Positions 37,599 to 52,549 of a DNA stretch of 64,000 nucleotides are shown piece by piece. The DNA is from Macrostomum lignano (taxonomy: Eukaryota): positions 68,123 to 132,122 of the forward strand of contig NIVC01001955.1 of NCBI GenBank assembly GCA_002269645.1. The letters are read 5' to 3'. Position 1 is the first letter of the stretch. Each line of letters opens with the position of its first letter. The notes beneath the pieces are model-generated. The model was not told the DNA's origin. It ran no database searches and saw only the letters and a program-made list of their open reading frames with translations. The position numbers and the translations under genes are program-made.

Positions 37599-38357
37599 AT
37601 GAAGTTGTTTTCCGCCATTCTGAAGCTTCTGTGGGTGACAGCAAAGTCCTGCAGTCCTGCGGAAAAGCTCAAGTTCCACCCAGTAACCGGAGTTGACTGC
37701 GTGAGCTGGAAATTCACCCGAACAGTGCAGGGCCTGTGCGACACCCTGAGCTGCGCCATCCAGTGCGGCGATGCAAACAGCTGCCAAGCCTTCAGGCTGC
37801 TGACTGATGGCGCCTGTCAGTGCAAACTGTTCCTGTTCGATGCGTGCAGCCACCGAGTGCAGTCGGTGCCGAACTGCACCAACCAGGTCACTGTGTACAT
37901 CAGGTCTCCGCCAGGCGTGCCTCTGGGCCGCCTGTGCCCGCCCGGCTACCAGCACGCCAGATACGGCACCTCCTACAAGCTGGTGGCAACTCCGAGACTC
38001 AGCTGGGCCGAGGCCAACCGGACCTGCAGCTCAGAGCCGGGCCGACTGGCCAAGTTCGCTGACGCCACCGACCAGGACGAGGCTCTGTACCTCAGGCAGC
38101 TAAAGGAGCGGCTCGGCAGCAGGAGCGACCACTTCCTCGGCGGCAAGCTGAACAGCGGCCAGTCGGCCACTTCGAAGGACGCCTGGAGGTGGACAGCCTG
38201 CAATCTGGCCATCGCCCACGATGCCTGGCGTAGCGGGCAGCCAGATGGGTCGACCGACTGCGCCAACCTGTGCTCCAGCTATTCTGATGGAGGCATCGAC
38301 AATCATTATTGCAGCTTCACGCAGCGCTACATCTGCGAGTGCCAGAGCGTGTTCTGA
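37599..38357 (+). CDS. Secreted protein with PAN/apple-like Cys-rich domain and C-type lectin domain (252 aa, intronless)
   Basis: ATG at 37599 (MKLFSAILKLLWVTAKSCS, weak signal peptide). C..C..C.AF..C module, then CPPGY..YK..LSWAEA..C..GRLA..FLGG..WRW..WRSGQPD..C..C..YICE. High exon-like GC content. Confidence 0.9.
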   Translation: MKLFSAILKLLWVTAKSCSPAEKLKFHPVTGVDCVSWKFTRTVQGLCDTLSCAIQCGDANSCQAFRLLTDGACQCKLFLFDACSHRVQSVPNCTNQVTVYIRSPPGVPLGRLCPPGYQHARYGTSYKLVATPRLSWAEANRTCSSEPGRLAKFADATDQDEALYLRQLKERLGSRSDHFLGGKLNSGQSATSKDAWRWTACNLAIAHDAWRSGQPDGSTDCANLCSSYSDGGIDNHYCSFTQRYICECQSVF

Positions 38358-38524
38358 AGCTGTTCTCCTGCCTGCAGACGAATAACTCACTTCTATAGCA
38401 AGTTTATTCATTTTTAGCAGCTGAAATTGACTGTGAACTTAAAATAAAAATATACCTTCGTTAATATAATCGTTCTATCGCAAGCATTCATGAGTTCATG
38501 TGTGACTGAGTAAGTTAATATTCA

Positions 38525-39105
38525 TGAGTGAGTGAGTGAGTGAGTGAGTGAGTGAGTGAGTGAGTGAGTGAGTGAGTGACTGAGTGACTGAGTAAGTTAA
38601 TGTTCATGAGTGAGTGAGTGAGTGAGTGAGTGAGTGAGTTAGTGAGTGAGTGAGTGAGTGAGTGAGTGAGTGAGTGAGTGAGTGAGTGAGTGAGTGAGTG
38701 AGTGATGAGTGAGTGAGTGAGTGAGTGAGTGAGTGAGTGATGAGTGAGTGAGTGAGTGAGTGAGTGAGTGAGTGAGTGAGTGAGTGAGTGAGTGAGTGAG
38801 TGAGTGAGTGAGTGAGTGAGTGAGTGAGTGAGTGAGTGAGTGAGTGAGTGAGTGATGAGTGAGTGAGTGAGTGAGTGAGTGAGTGAGTGAGTGAGTGATG
38901 AGTGAGTGAGTGAGTGAGTGAGTGAGTGAGTGAGTGAGTGAGTGATTGAGTGAGTGAGTGAGTGAGTGATTGAGTGAGTGAGTGAGTGAGTGAGTGAGTG
39001 GGTAAGTGAGTGAGTGAGTGAGTGAGTGAGTCAGTCAGTCAGTCAGTCAGTCAGTCAGTCAGTCAGTCAGTCAGTCAGTCAGTCAGTCAGTCAGTCAGTC
39101 AGTCA
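38525..39105. repeat. (GAGT)n followed by (CAGT)n microsatellite
   Basis: Directly visible. Confidence 0.97.
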
Positions 39106-40024
39106 GTCTGCAGGTGAGGTCCCGGCTAGCTGTCGAAGAGCCATTGAGTTCTTGTGAGTTCTTTTGTGTTGTGAGCAATGTGCATAGCTAGGTATACATT
39201 GATACAAATAAACTATTAAAAGTTGAAAGCCTTGTCGGGTTGGCCAGCACCAGTAAGTTAAGCTGCTACGGCCGCGGTTAGTACACAGAGCCACCTCGCA
39301 AGCAGACAGCCAGCGTAAGCGAGCGGTAAGTCAATCAAAAGGACAGAATTCTTAAAATCATTAAGTAAAATAAATTTATAAAGAAATTTTTGAGCCAAAC
39401 ATTCATGCAGAGCAGCTCTGTGATATCATTTTTTTATTTTGTTATTTATTAGGTACAGAACTAATTTAGAAACCCGCAAAGTCCTCAAATTTTTATTTAT
39501 CGAACAGGAAAAATAAGTTTAGAAACGATAGAGCAAAATATTACTTAGAGTAGAGTATTGAGAATGGATTTTCCAAATCTATACGGGGATCAACAAATTC
39601 ACAAATCCGGAAAATAAAGCATTATAACAAAAAACTGTTTTCAAACTTGAACGCACAGCAGCAGTACAGGACTTCGAACACCGCTCATGAGCAGGGTGCA
39701 CTAAACATACGGCATGTCATCAGAGTACTGGACGGACTGGTCTTGGTTCCTAGCTCTAGCGGCTAAAATAATTTGAAAAAAAGTCTTAAAGCAGATGATA
39801 AACAAAGATAAACAAAAAGAAAGCGAGGAAAATTATTTAATTAATTTGTACTCGACAGTCAGTCTCAATGTGAAAATTTGGTTGAGTCAAAGAGCGCTGC
39901 TTTACTTAGTAATTTACGCTTTCTGAAGGGTCCCGTAGGGTGCGTGGCCGGAGAAACAGACAGAGAGATGAGGCTGGTTCAGTCGGAGATGGCCAAGTCA
40001 TCAGGCGGCCGGGTCCCGCAGTGC

Positions 40025-42057
<2,033 letters not shown>

Positions 42058-42859
42058 AATTGCTGCTTTTAGAGGGATGGTTGGACAATCATGAAGATGA
42101 AAGATTTTCTGAAAATCAGCATATCCATTGAAAACTCACTTCCTTTTATAAAATTAGGCATATTATTTTGCCTTAGACAAGTTTTGACTAAAAAAATTTA
42201 ACTTGAAATACATTAAAAACGAAGCAATATTGTTCCTGGCACTTGAACTTTAAAATAAATACTTTAACCAATAATTTATTGTATTGTTCCACCACAATGC
42301 CATTGCATAAAGAAATGTAAAACAAATACTGATTAACGAGGTGCTATATGTAATTCCTATGTTAATGAAAGAATGGTTAAAAAAGAGACATGAATTTAAT
42401 TTTTTTCTGTATACAAAAGTATCCAAAAAAGATGGCAACTAGCTTTCTGCAGATCCATATTCTAGATACAGTATCCAAAATTGTCCTAAATTGTAGAGGT
42501 ACTTGTCTAGCTAAGTTTCTTTACAACAAATATTTTTTAATATGCTTAGTTTAAGCTGGTTACTCTTATATTGCTTTCACTCGGTGCAAAAAATGAAAAG
42601 GACGGGCTTAGCAACGAAATTTCAGATATTATTTGATTAGGAAAGAAGTTTTTGGATTTATTAGAAGTAGAAGAAATTTTGGTTTGCAGGGAACCTAAGA
42701 CTCTTTACAGAACTGATTGTAACGCTTTCGGTTCGGTCACAACAACACTCGGCTACTTCAGTTATAAAGTAGGGTTGTAAAGTAGTAGTAGTAAGTTGGC
42801 TCAGGCAAGAAGGGTTGTAAATGCAATCCCTCTCAGCATTTTGAAATTCGCGGTGACGT

Positions 42860-42873
42860 GTTGTCATGGCGCC
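42860..42873. promoter_or_regulatory. Possible RFX X-box upstream of tektin
   Basis: GTTGTCATGGCGCC versus consensus GTTNCCATGGNAAC, ~800 bp upstream of the ATG. Ciliary genes are known RFX targets. Confidence 0.3.
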
Positions 42874-44523
42874 AGAAACTGTCAGAAGGAAAAAACTATA
42901 ACAATATAATTTGTAAACTCCTAAAAAGGAACGCAATAATTGTGCTTACCGTCTATACTAAGGAGCAGCTTACGTTTTAAGAATTCTAAGAGTTGTAAAA
43001 TATAAATAAATAAAGAGTTTTGCTGCAGTCTCATTTTAAATACATAAAATTCTGCGAAAGTAGTGACTAGGATCGTGAACCTACAATCAAAGGTGAAACC
43101 GAATGCTTTAAAAGATATTAAAATGTTCAATCGTATTTCACAATCTTACTTGTCTTTCGCATTTTTACATTTTTTAATCCTAGCTAAATCCCAACTATTT
43201 TTTAATTCTTAATAATAAAGAAAAGATTTATATTACAATAGCTGTGAAAATTAAAGTTGCTATCGAAAATTAATTTAAAACCAGTATTCTTCAAGAAAAT
43301 TAGCTGATGAGATAATATAAAAATAATTAACTATACAATAAGTAGATGATTAGGCCCTACTAAGATTTATAATAAAGCAGGGTGAAATCATAATAGAAAT
43401 GTTAGCAGTAGCCAGGTAGGCAAATTGACAATTGTTCACAAAATTTCTTGCTACTATGTAGGATAACTTAATTAATAGCTGGTATTACTAAATTATTAAA
43501 ATAGCAACTGGATTTTGTGACTACTAACTGGAATTGACATTAGAAATTGTAAAATTTTCCTTTGTAATCAACACTGCTAAAATTATATTATATATTGTAT
43601 TATGATAGTCATTATTAATACATAGTTTCTTGCTTTAACATTTTTTATGTATATATTTTTTATATATATTGAAGTTTGAAATATGTTAATACTATAGAAA
43701 GTAAGAACATTAAAACAATTATAGTTTATTAAGCAGTTATTGTTTGCTTTTAACAAAGGCATACTATAGGATATAGTAAACTATATAGCCTATTAGCAAT
43801 CAAGAAATAACCCTCTTTCTATTAACATTTGAACATACACACACACATATGCACAAGTTGTATAACAGCCTACTTTGGCAGTTAGCTCTCATGGGCTAGA
43901 ATTATATAAAAACATTATATGGTAATAACAATTAATTTTTCTTCCTGTTGAACTACCAGAGGGGCCAATATTCCCTTCTAACAAGTTTTTTTGCTATGCT
44001 AGAATGGAACTTTCAAGATTTACAAAAATTCAAGAATATGACTTCAATTTTTATTGCATACCTCAAACAAGAATAAATTGCCAGCCCCTAACAATTTGCT
44101 ATCTATAGTCACCTGGTGCCACTGCCACCTGTTGAAGGTCCAGAAGTTCTGTCTGTCTAGGTGAAGGTCAGTCGCAGCTGATACAGACTTACGTAGTTAA
44201 AATGCTGATGAAGTTTGGAGGCTTGGAAAATCTGCACAGAGGCGCAGTGCTAATTGGCGACCTGGGGTGTACTGAATACACTAGCGCTTATGGGAATAAT
44301 CCGACCTTCTGGCAGATTTTTTAATATCCCGACAGTCTAGAGGGCTGGCGACTTGATTTTTGTTTGAGAAGGGTGTGCAACAAAATTTTAGGCCTTGTTC
44401 TTCAGCTTTGTATGCAAAAAATTGTCAGGGTGGATGATTTTGCTGTTTATGTCACCGCACTGCGCGCAGAATCGAGTCTGAATACTCGTGACTTATTATT
44501 AGACAATCTTGACTCAACTCCAG

Positions 44524-45908
44524 GATGCCGCCGAGCTTCACTCGGGCCAGCGCAGCCTGGACTCCCCCTTCCTGCTGTCTGGCCGGGTTGTCCCTGGCTT
44601 TCGTCGCGGCCGGGCGCTCGGCTGTCCGACTGCCAACATGCCGGCCGAGACGCTGGCGCCTGGCGGCAGACCCTCACAGTTCGGCGTCTACTGCGGCTGG
44701 GCGGCCCTGGCTGGCGAGGGCGACGCTGATTCGATAGGAGAGCCGCACCGGGCCGTGCTCAGCTGGGGCGTCAATCCGCAGTTCGGCTTGGACAAGCCGC
44801 TGTTCGAGGTGCACCTGATAGGACTTCAGTGCGAGGTGGGACCTTCGCTTGTTTATAATGCTGCTAATTTGAACCTCCTCGCCTCAAGCAGCTTAAGAAT
44901 TTACTTATATTAAATCACCATAAGCATTGATAATACGAAATTATTTTGCGATTTTTTTTTATTAGAGGCAGGGGGTTTGTGTGCACCCTGGCGCACTTTA
45001 AGCGACATAGGCACACAACCGGCGAGAGGCATTACTGCCCATTCCGCCGACTCCCCTGAGCAGGCACACAAGCGCGCGGATACGTACGCAGGCACACACT
45101 CACACAGGAGTGTACAGCGGCCCTAACTTTATATTATCATTAGGCATGTACACTTCACTGCGCCTTGGGGGGGTTGGCTCTCAAGGCCGTTAATTGCACG
45201 AGCAGAGCCAAGCCGAGATTCCAATTCAGCCCCAAATTAATGTGACTGCACTTGGAATCGAGCCTGGGTCGCTGGCACACCAGAGCCTGCGCTACCGCTG
45301 GGCTACGGCCCCCCTGTGCAAAACCTTGTGATAGGAATTTATTTTGCGATTTTCTCCTAAAATAACCTGAAAATCGCCCCTTGATACCATAAGAATCTCT
45401 TCTTCATAAAATTAAGATTAGCCCCTAAGCCAGTCGTCCCTAGTCCCCCCTCGCCTCTAAGCCCCCTAAGCCAAGTCTAAATTCATCAGCCCATAAGCCC
45501 CCCCCCCAAAAAAAAACACTCGCCTCTAAGCCCCGTCTAAGCCATGCAGTTGCCCCAAAGCCCCGCCTAAGACACTCGCCCTTAGCTGACAAAGGCACTC
45601 ACCCCTAAGCCCCCCACCACAGACACGCCCTTAAGCTGACAAAGGCACTCACCCCTAAGCCCCCCACCAGACATGACTCCAGCCTGCAAGCTGCTCTCCC
45701 CCTGCAGGGCGACCTGTACGGCAGGCGGCTGCTGTGCCTGGCCACCCATCGACTGCGCGACGAGCGCAACTTCCCCGGCGGCCTCGACGAGTTGCGCCGC
45801 GCCATCGAGCTGGACATGGCCACCGCCTGCCGGCTGTTGGCTGACCGGACACCCGCCGAAGCGGCCGAACTCCTGGCGCAACGAGTGGCCGCCTGCGGCA
45901 AGCTGTAA
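44524..45908 (+). CDS. RFK: Monofunctional riboflavin kinase (two exons; start unresolved)
   Basis: Exon 44524-44835 (PFLLSGRVVPGFRRGRALGCPTAN...GVYCGWA...SWGVNPQF...FEVHL) and exon 45708-45908 (GDLYGRRL...RLRDERNF..LDELRRAIELD). Phase-0 GT-AG intron. Contains the PTAN motif and the catalytic Glu of EVH. Confidence 0.9.
44950..45314 (-). mobile_element. tRNA-headed SINE with poly(A) tail, in the RFK intron
   Basis: Minus strand begins GGGGGGCCGTAGCCCAGCGGTAG (A box) ...GGCTCGATTCC (B box) and ends AATAAAAAAAAA near 44955. Confidence 0.72.
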
Positions 45909-46701
45909 TCTCATCGACTTAATCCCCCACATCATTCGATCTCAATCTCTTCAATACAACTGGCTGTTGTTCATTAGCGAATAAAAAAATTCTCAAGCCT
46001 CAGCTTCTCTCGTGCAATTATTTAAATCGTTCGAGAATGTTTTTTTCACTTACGATGCAAAAGTTCAGCTGCAGTAGCGGGTCACTGCGGATCTCCGTCT
46101 ACTTTCTTCCACATTGCTTTTCCCTGTGTGCGACCCTGTTTTTGTTATTTGTGTGTTTATTGAGAGCATACATTGATGCAAGCAACGAATTAGACTAATT
46201 GATTTGACGAGAGGCGCCCACTAAGTAACTCAGCATGTGAATTGCTCAACTTGTTGCATGCCATTATGCCGATAAACATTCTTAGTTTTTTTTCTCTCTG
46301 AGTGAATCCACTTCTCTGGCACTTTAGCTAGCAACTAAGACACTTGCGCACTATCCACGAAGCAAAGTTTTGTTTTAGCAAAACAATATTTTAGTTTTTA
46401 TATGCAATTATAATGAGCGATTTGTTATAATCTTGACGCCACCTTTTAATATAAACAGAATAAATTAAGCAGACTTAAAAGATTGTTGATGATTTTAGCA
46501 CTATACTTGGTGCAGCAAAATAAGTGTATGAAGTTGTTACCTAGCTGTATATTTAATTAATTTTGCCACCTGATTAGTCATCAAGTCACCGGCTGTTGAC
46601 AATTTCAAACAGACTGAACAAAATGCCAAAAAGGTATTTGCTGTTTGTTAAATAAAAAGTACAAAGCGGACAGGAAAAAGAATGCAGATACGCTAGACAG
46701 A

Positions 46702-46974
46702 CTACTGAAGGGCCTCCTGAATGAGTGTTATGGTGTCGCCTTTGAGCAGAATTCGCCCGATGCGCTTTCGACCTCTGCTCTTGAGGTGCACCTCTTCGGC
46801 GTCATCCATCACGATGTTCATGAACTCGTCGAAACCCAGGATGCGGCCCTCGATGCGCACGTTCACCTGTTCATAGAGCCACACCTGGACTCTGGCCTGG
46901 CTCTGCAGGAAGCGGAATATCAGCGAGATTGGCAGCACCTGCGTCTTCTGCACTCGTTGAGGGCGGTAGGCCAT
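46702..46974 (-). CDS. SNRPE: Small nuclear ribonucleoprotein E (SmE), intronless and divergent (90 aa)
   Basis: [24 protein letters not shown]...[31 protein letters not shown]...[14 protein letters not shown]; Sm1 and Sm2 motifs. ATG at 46974 is preceded by CCCAG/TTAAC. Confidence 0.93.
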   Translation of the reverse strand: MAYRPQRVQKTQVLPISLIFRFLQSQARVQVWLYEQVNVRIEGRILGFDEFMNIVMDDAEEVHLKSRGRKRIGRILLKGDTITLIQEALQ

Positions 46975-47474
46975 GTTAACTGGGCAGCGGGTTTCGGTGA
47001 ATGAAATTGGCATAAATAAACAATCAACCAAGGACAACTAAAGCAATTTATATACAAGACGCAACACTTTTGTTTTATGAAAAAGTTTTGAAGGCCACTT
47101 TTCGCCAAAAATACACTACAGAGATAGGAAGATGTCATTTTTCAGCACAAAAAGCTTTATGAAGATCAATAGAGCTATAAGAAAGGCACAACATAAGAAA
47201 AGATGAACCTTGGGTCTGCTTCCAATCGAAAGCAATAACAATATTTCTACTGAAAAATGAAAACTTTCTATCTCTGTTTTATATTTTTATAGCATAGCAA
47301 AAATGGCCATTAAAACATTTTCCATGGATTTTGAATGTTGCATCCTTCTTTAATAGTCTATGCAATCAACTCAATGCACAGCTCTAGATTCAAAGCACTT
47401 AAAATTTGCAATAGTAATGCATTGAAAATGAACTTCTTTGGAGGTTTGTTTTGGTATCTGATTCATTTCTACTA

Positions 47475-49400
47475 TCTACCATGTCGAACATTAAAGAGCC
47501 ACCATGTCAAACATTAAAGAGCCACCATTTCGAACATTAAAGAGCCACCATGTCAAACATTAAAGAGCCACCATTTCGAACATTAAAGAGCCACCATGTC
47601 AAACATTAAAGAGCCACCATTTCGAACATTAAAGAGCCACCATGTCAAACATTAAAGAGCCACCATTTCGAACATTAAAGAGCCACCATGTCAAACATTA
47701 AAGAGCCACCATGTCGAACATTAAAGAGCCACCATTTCGAACATTAAAGAGCCACCATGTCAAACATTAAAGAGCCACCATGTCGAACATTAAAGAGCCA
47801 CCATGTGGAACATTAAAGAGCCACCATGTCGAACATTAAAGAGCCACCATGTCAAACATTAAAGAGCCACCATTTCGAACATTAAAGAGCCACCATGTGG
47901 AACATTAAAGAGCCACCATTTCGAACATTAAAGAGCCACCATGTCAAACATTAAAGAGCCACCATGTCGAACATTAAAGAGCCACCATTTCGAACATTAA
48001 AGAGCCACCATGTCAAACATTAAAGAGCCACCATGTCGAACATTAAAGAGCCACCATGTGGAACATTAAAGAGCCACCATTTCGAACATTAAAGAGCCAC
48101 CATGTCAAACATTAAAGAGCCACCATGTCGAACATTAAAGAGCCACCATTTCGAACATTAAAGAGCCACCATGTCGAACATTAAAGGGCCATCATGTCGA
48201 ACATTAAAGAGCCACCATTTCGAACATTAAAGAGCCACCATGTCGAACATTAAAGAGCCACCATTTCGAACATTAAAGAGCCACCATGTCAAACATTAAA
48301 GAGCCACCATTTCGAACATTAAAGAGCCACCATGTCAAACATTAAAGAGCCACCATGTCGAACATTAAAGAGCCACCATTTCGAACATTAAAGAGCCACC
48401 ATGTCGAACATTAAAGAGCCATCATGTCGAACATTAAAGAGCCACCATTTCGAACATTAAAGAGCCACCATGTCGAACATTAAAGAGCCACCATTTCGAA
48501 CATTAAAGAGCCACCATGTCAAACATTAAAGAGCCACCATGTCAAACATTAAAGAGCCACCATGTCAAAAATTAAAGAGCCACCATGTGGAACATTAAAG
48601 AGCCACCATGTCAAACATTAAAGAGCCACCATTTCGAATATTAAAGAGCCACCATGTGGAACATTAAAGAGCCACCATGTCAAACATTAAAGAGCCACCA
48701 TTTCGAACATTAAAGAGCCACCATGTCAAACATTAAAGAGCCACCATTTCGAACATTAAAGAGCCACCATGTCAAACATTAAAGAGCCACCATTTCGAAC
48801 ATTAAAGAGCTACCATGTGGAACATAGAAGAGCCATCATGTCAAACATTAAAGAGCTACAATGTCAAACATTAAAGAGCCACCATGTGAAACATAAAAGA
48901 GCCACCATGTCAAACATGTACACGACTAGATGTTAAACATTAAAGAGCCACCATGTCAAACATATATGTGACTCCATGTCAAAAATTAAAGAGCCACCAT
49001 GTTGAACATTAAAGAGCCACCATGTCAAACATTAAAGAGCTATTATGTCAAACATACTCATAGAGCTACCAAGTCAGACATAAAAGAGCCACCATGTCAA
49101 AAAATAAAATATCCACCATGTCAAACATATATGTGACTCCATGTCAAACATTAAAGAGTCACTATGTCAAACATTAAAGAGCTACCATGTCAAACATAAA
49201 AGAGCCACCATGTAGAACACAAAAGAGTCACCATGTCAAACATTAAAGAGCCACCATGTCAAACATTAAAGAGCCACCATGTCAAACATTAAAGAGCCAC
49301 CATGTCAAACATTAAAGAGCCACCATGTCAAACATAAAGGAGACATCATTTCAAACATAAAAAGAAGCATCATGCCAAACATAAAGGAGCCACTATAAAG
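47475..49400. repeat. 23-bp minisatellite (GAGCCACCATGTCAAACATTAAA)n, ~1.9 kb
   Basis: Homogeneous on the left, degenerate on the right. Confidence 0.97.
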
Positions 49401-49439
49401 CTAAGGATATTGTTGCACTAGCTACTTGTTGTCTGGTGG

Positions 49440-50115
49440 ATGCTTGCTATCTAAGGATAGATAATTGCTATCAGGGAGATGCTTGCTATCTGAGGGATGT
49501 TTGCTATCTGAGTGATGCTTGCTATTGGGTAAGATGCTTGCTATCTATCTAGGGTAACTTGCTATTGGGGGATGCTTGCTATCTAGGGTAACTTGCTATT
49601 GGGGGGTGCTTGCTCTTGGGGAATGGAGGGTACTTGCTATCTAAGAAGGGTTTGCTAGCTATCTATAAGGATTCTTTGTATCCAGGGATGCTTGCTATCT
49701 AGGGGATGCTTGCATGCTGTCTGGGAATGCTTGCTATCTGGGGGATGCTTGCTATCTAGGAGATGCTTGCATGCTGTCTGGGGATACTTGCTATCTAGGA
49801 GATGCTTTCATGCTGTCTGGGGATGTTTGCATGCTGTCTGGGGATTCTTGCTATCTGGAGGATGCTTGCTATCTAGGGGATGCTTGCTATCTGGGAGACG
49901 CTAGTATACTGTCTGGGGATGCTTGCTATCTGGGGGATGCTTGCTACCTAGGGGATGCTTGCTATCTGGGAGATGCTTGCATACTATCTGGGGATGCTTG
50001 CTATTTGGGAGGCAAGAGGCTTACTCTTGGCAGGAGGGTATTTGCCATATTGGGGGGAGAGGTTTTGCTATCTGGAGAGTGCTTGCTATCTGGGAAGATG
50101 CTTGCTGTCTTGGGA
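49440..50115. repeat. ~18-bp degenerate minisatellite (ATGCTTGCTATCTGGGG)n
   Basis: Visible array. Confidence 0.9.
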
Positions 50116-51334
50116 TGTTTTCTTTTTAGATAGAATGTCTGTTATCTTTGTGAAAGCTTTATTTTGCTATCTTTTGTTACTTTTAGAGAACAGATATTCT
50201 ATCTAGATATCCCCTATGGGGGGCCAAAGATTGCTAGCTAATAACAAAAAATAATTTTTTAGTTGGTTGATTAATGCTTGCTAGTTTTCTTAGGTCTATA
50301 CCAATAGAAAAAGGAAGTGATTATATGCATGGTACAATGTAAATATTGCCAATATTATTTACATAATAACTGAAATAAGTATTTGTACTATAATTAATTT
50401 GCAAAGTATAAAAAGAATTAGAATATGAAGTTTACTTATTTATGATTAAAAGGAGATTTGCAATTAAATGTAACTAGACAATAGCTATAAGTACAATACA
50501 ACACAGTATATAAAAGAATAAAACTAATCTTTATTTTAGTTACTGTGTAAATAATGACAGTAGGCCTATACAGATTATTTACATAGTGTTATGGGAATAA
50601 TGAGTACCATGGGCATGAAAAGAAGCTAGGCCCTAAAAAATGCAATATTGTTGTAAAGACAATGCCATCCATTAGCAAAATTATACTATTGTATTTTTAA
50701 ATTAATATTTGGCCTAATAATAAAAATAGGATAAATAGGCCAGTTCTCCAAGTTTTACAATTGACAATTGAATTTTACAATATACAATTGACTTTTTAGG
50801 CTAGGACTTAGGCGAAATCATAAAACAAAATGGGCCACCCCCAGATTTATAGCGAGCCCTAAGGCTAGGCTATAGGCCCTATTGTTATAATACTCATGTA
50901 TTTTTCTAGTTCGGAACTAAGTTTAAAACTGAATTCATTAAAATATTTGCAAACAAACATAAACGTTCTGTTCCCTATTCCCATGCATTAGTTTTCTAAA
51001 ATGTCTTTGAATCCTGACTGTCAGTGGCAGTTAAAAACTGTTAATGCCTAATGAAAAGTCTAAGAGCCCGGCTCAATCCTCAGTGGTTTGTTCTTTAGAC
51101 TTAAGCCTAGGCCTGTTTTTTCAAATCTTCAATTGTTTGACAATTGAAAGTTGGATTGGATTCACCAGCTTTGACTTATTCTCATCACTTAGGCACTCCT
51201 AAACTTAAGACAGGAGCCAGGTTATCTTTACCAAAGCATGGCCGAAGTAAATAATAAATTTATCTTAATTTAGACACTAACAGACACCTATAAATAATAA
51301 AGTAAAGTACATGCTGCGATACACGTCGTCATCA

Positions 51335-52005
51335 TCTCTACCTATAAAAATCAAAACTCTGTCTGTCTGTGGACAAATTACTTCGCTATGGACTCCCAAA
51401 CCGCTCAACCAAATGACACCAAACTTTACACCCACCCTAAACTTACTACGGAGAATGTCTTAGGCTACCTTTAAATTTCCTAGACTCAAGTCTTCCTACC
51501 TAAAAGTACAAAAAACTGCTCAAAATGCGCGATTTTTTCACTTAATCCTCCATAGCGCCGCTCCACTTCTACCGATTCTCTTCAAATTTGACACAGATAA
51601 TCTTAAACTATTTTGGCACAATCATGTAAAATTTCGAGTCTCAAAGTTAATCCTGAGCGGTGCTGTGCACTTTTAAAGTTAGTCTGCTTTTTTCAGCGAG
51701 ACAGCCACCCCAACCTCCGGCCGCCTGCCTCTCTTTCCCGATCCCAATCTGGGCCCAGATGTGTAAAAGGGTTTCAAAATTGACTAACTTTCAGCTGCCA
51801 TAAGTTTGCTCCACGTAAAGCGATTGACTTCAAACTTGACACAATTCTTCATTGACCCATTCTCTATCTAAATGTAAAGTTTCAACTCTGTAACTCAACC
51901 GAAAAAGAAACTGTAAGCATGTGAAGTTTGTCTGCTTTTTCTGTTGTTTGTGCCACTCACTCACTCATTCCCCAGAGCCAGACGAAGGGTCAGGCGATAG
52001 GACTG
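51335..52005 (+). mobile_element. Non-autonomous Helitron/Helentron-like element (DINE/HINE type)
   Basis: 5' A|TCTCTACCTATAAAA followed by (CTGT)n. Three internal CGATT..CTTCAAA.TTGACAC-like subrepeats (~51410, 51570, 51820). 3' hairpin GCCAGACGAAGGGTCAGGC at 51977-51995. Confidence 0.55.
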
Positions 52006-52549
52006 AATGTACATAGCAAATGTACAGTGTTTTGGAATAACTTTATTTATAGCCTTCTCTGCACCCCCATGAGTGGAGAGGCGTGGAGAGGAGAGACAGT
52101 TTCAGCAAGAGATTCAAACCACTGTCCTCTGTATAGACACAAGTCTGCAGCAGTTTAACAGTAGATGGCAAACAGGCAAATCAAGGCGATGCGGGATGGT
52201 TTGTAAAAATAGCGAAAAATTAATGAATAACTTATTACAATGCAATCCTACTAAATTAGTTACACCATGAAAATTTTAACATTAAGATTCGCATAAGGTA
52301 CTTTAAAATTTAAATGGCCTCCTAAGAAATGCGTATTTCCTTGGTTGTTAGACTGATGCAGACTGCAGTGGAGCTGAAGATACACAAATTCTCTTCAGGG
52401 CTTGCAAATTGGCAAGAAAGATGACATGATCAAAGCATGAGAACAGCCATGAGAGTACTATGTCCCACAAACTGGCTTTCCAAGCAGGAATGGGCAGACT
52501 TTTACCTCAAAGGCCAGAAAAGAATCCAGCTTATGGCTGAGGGGGCAGT

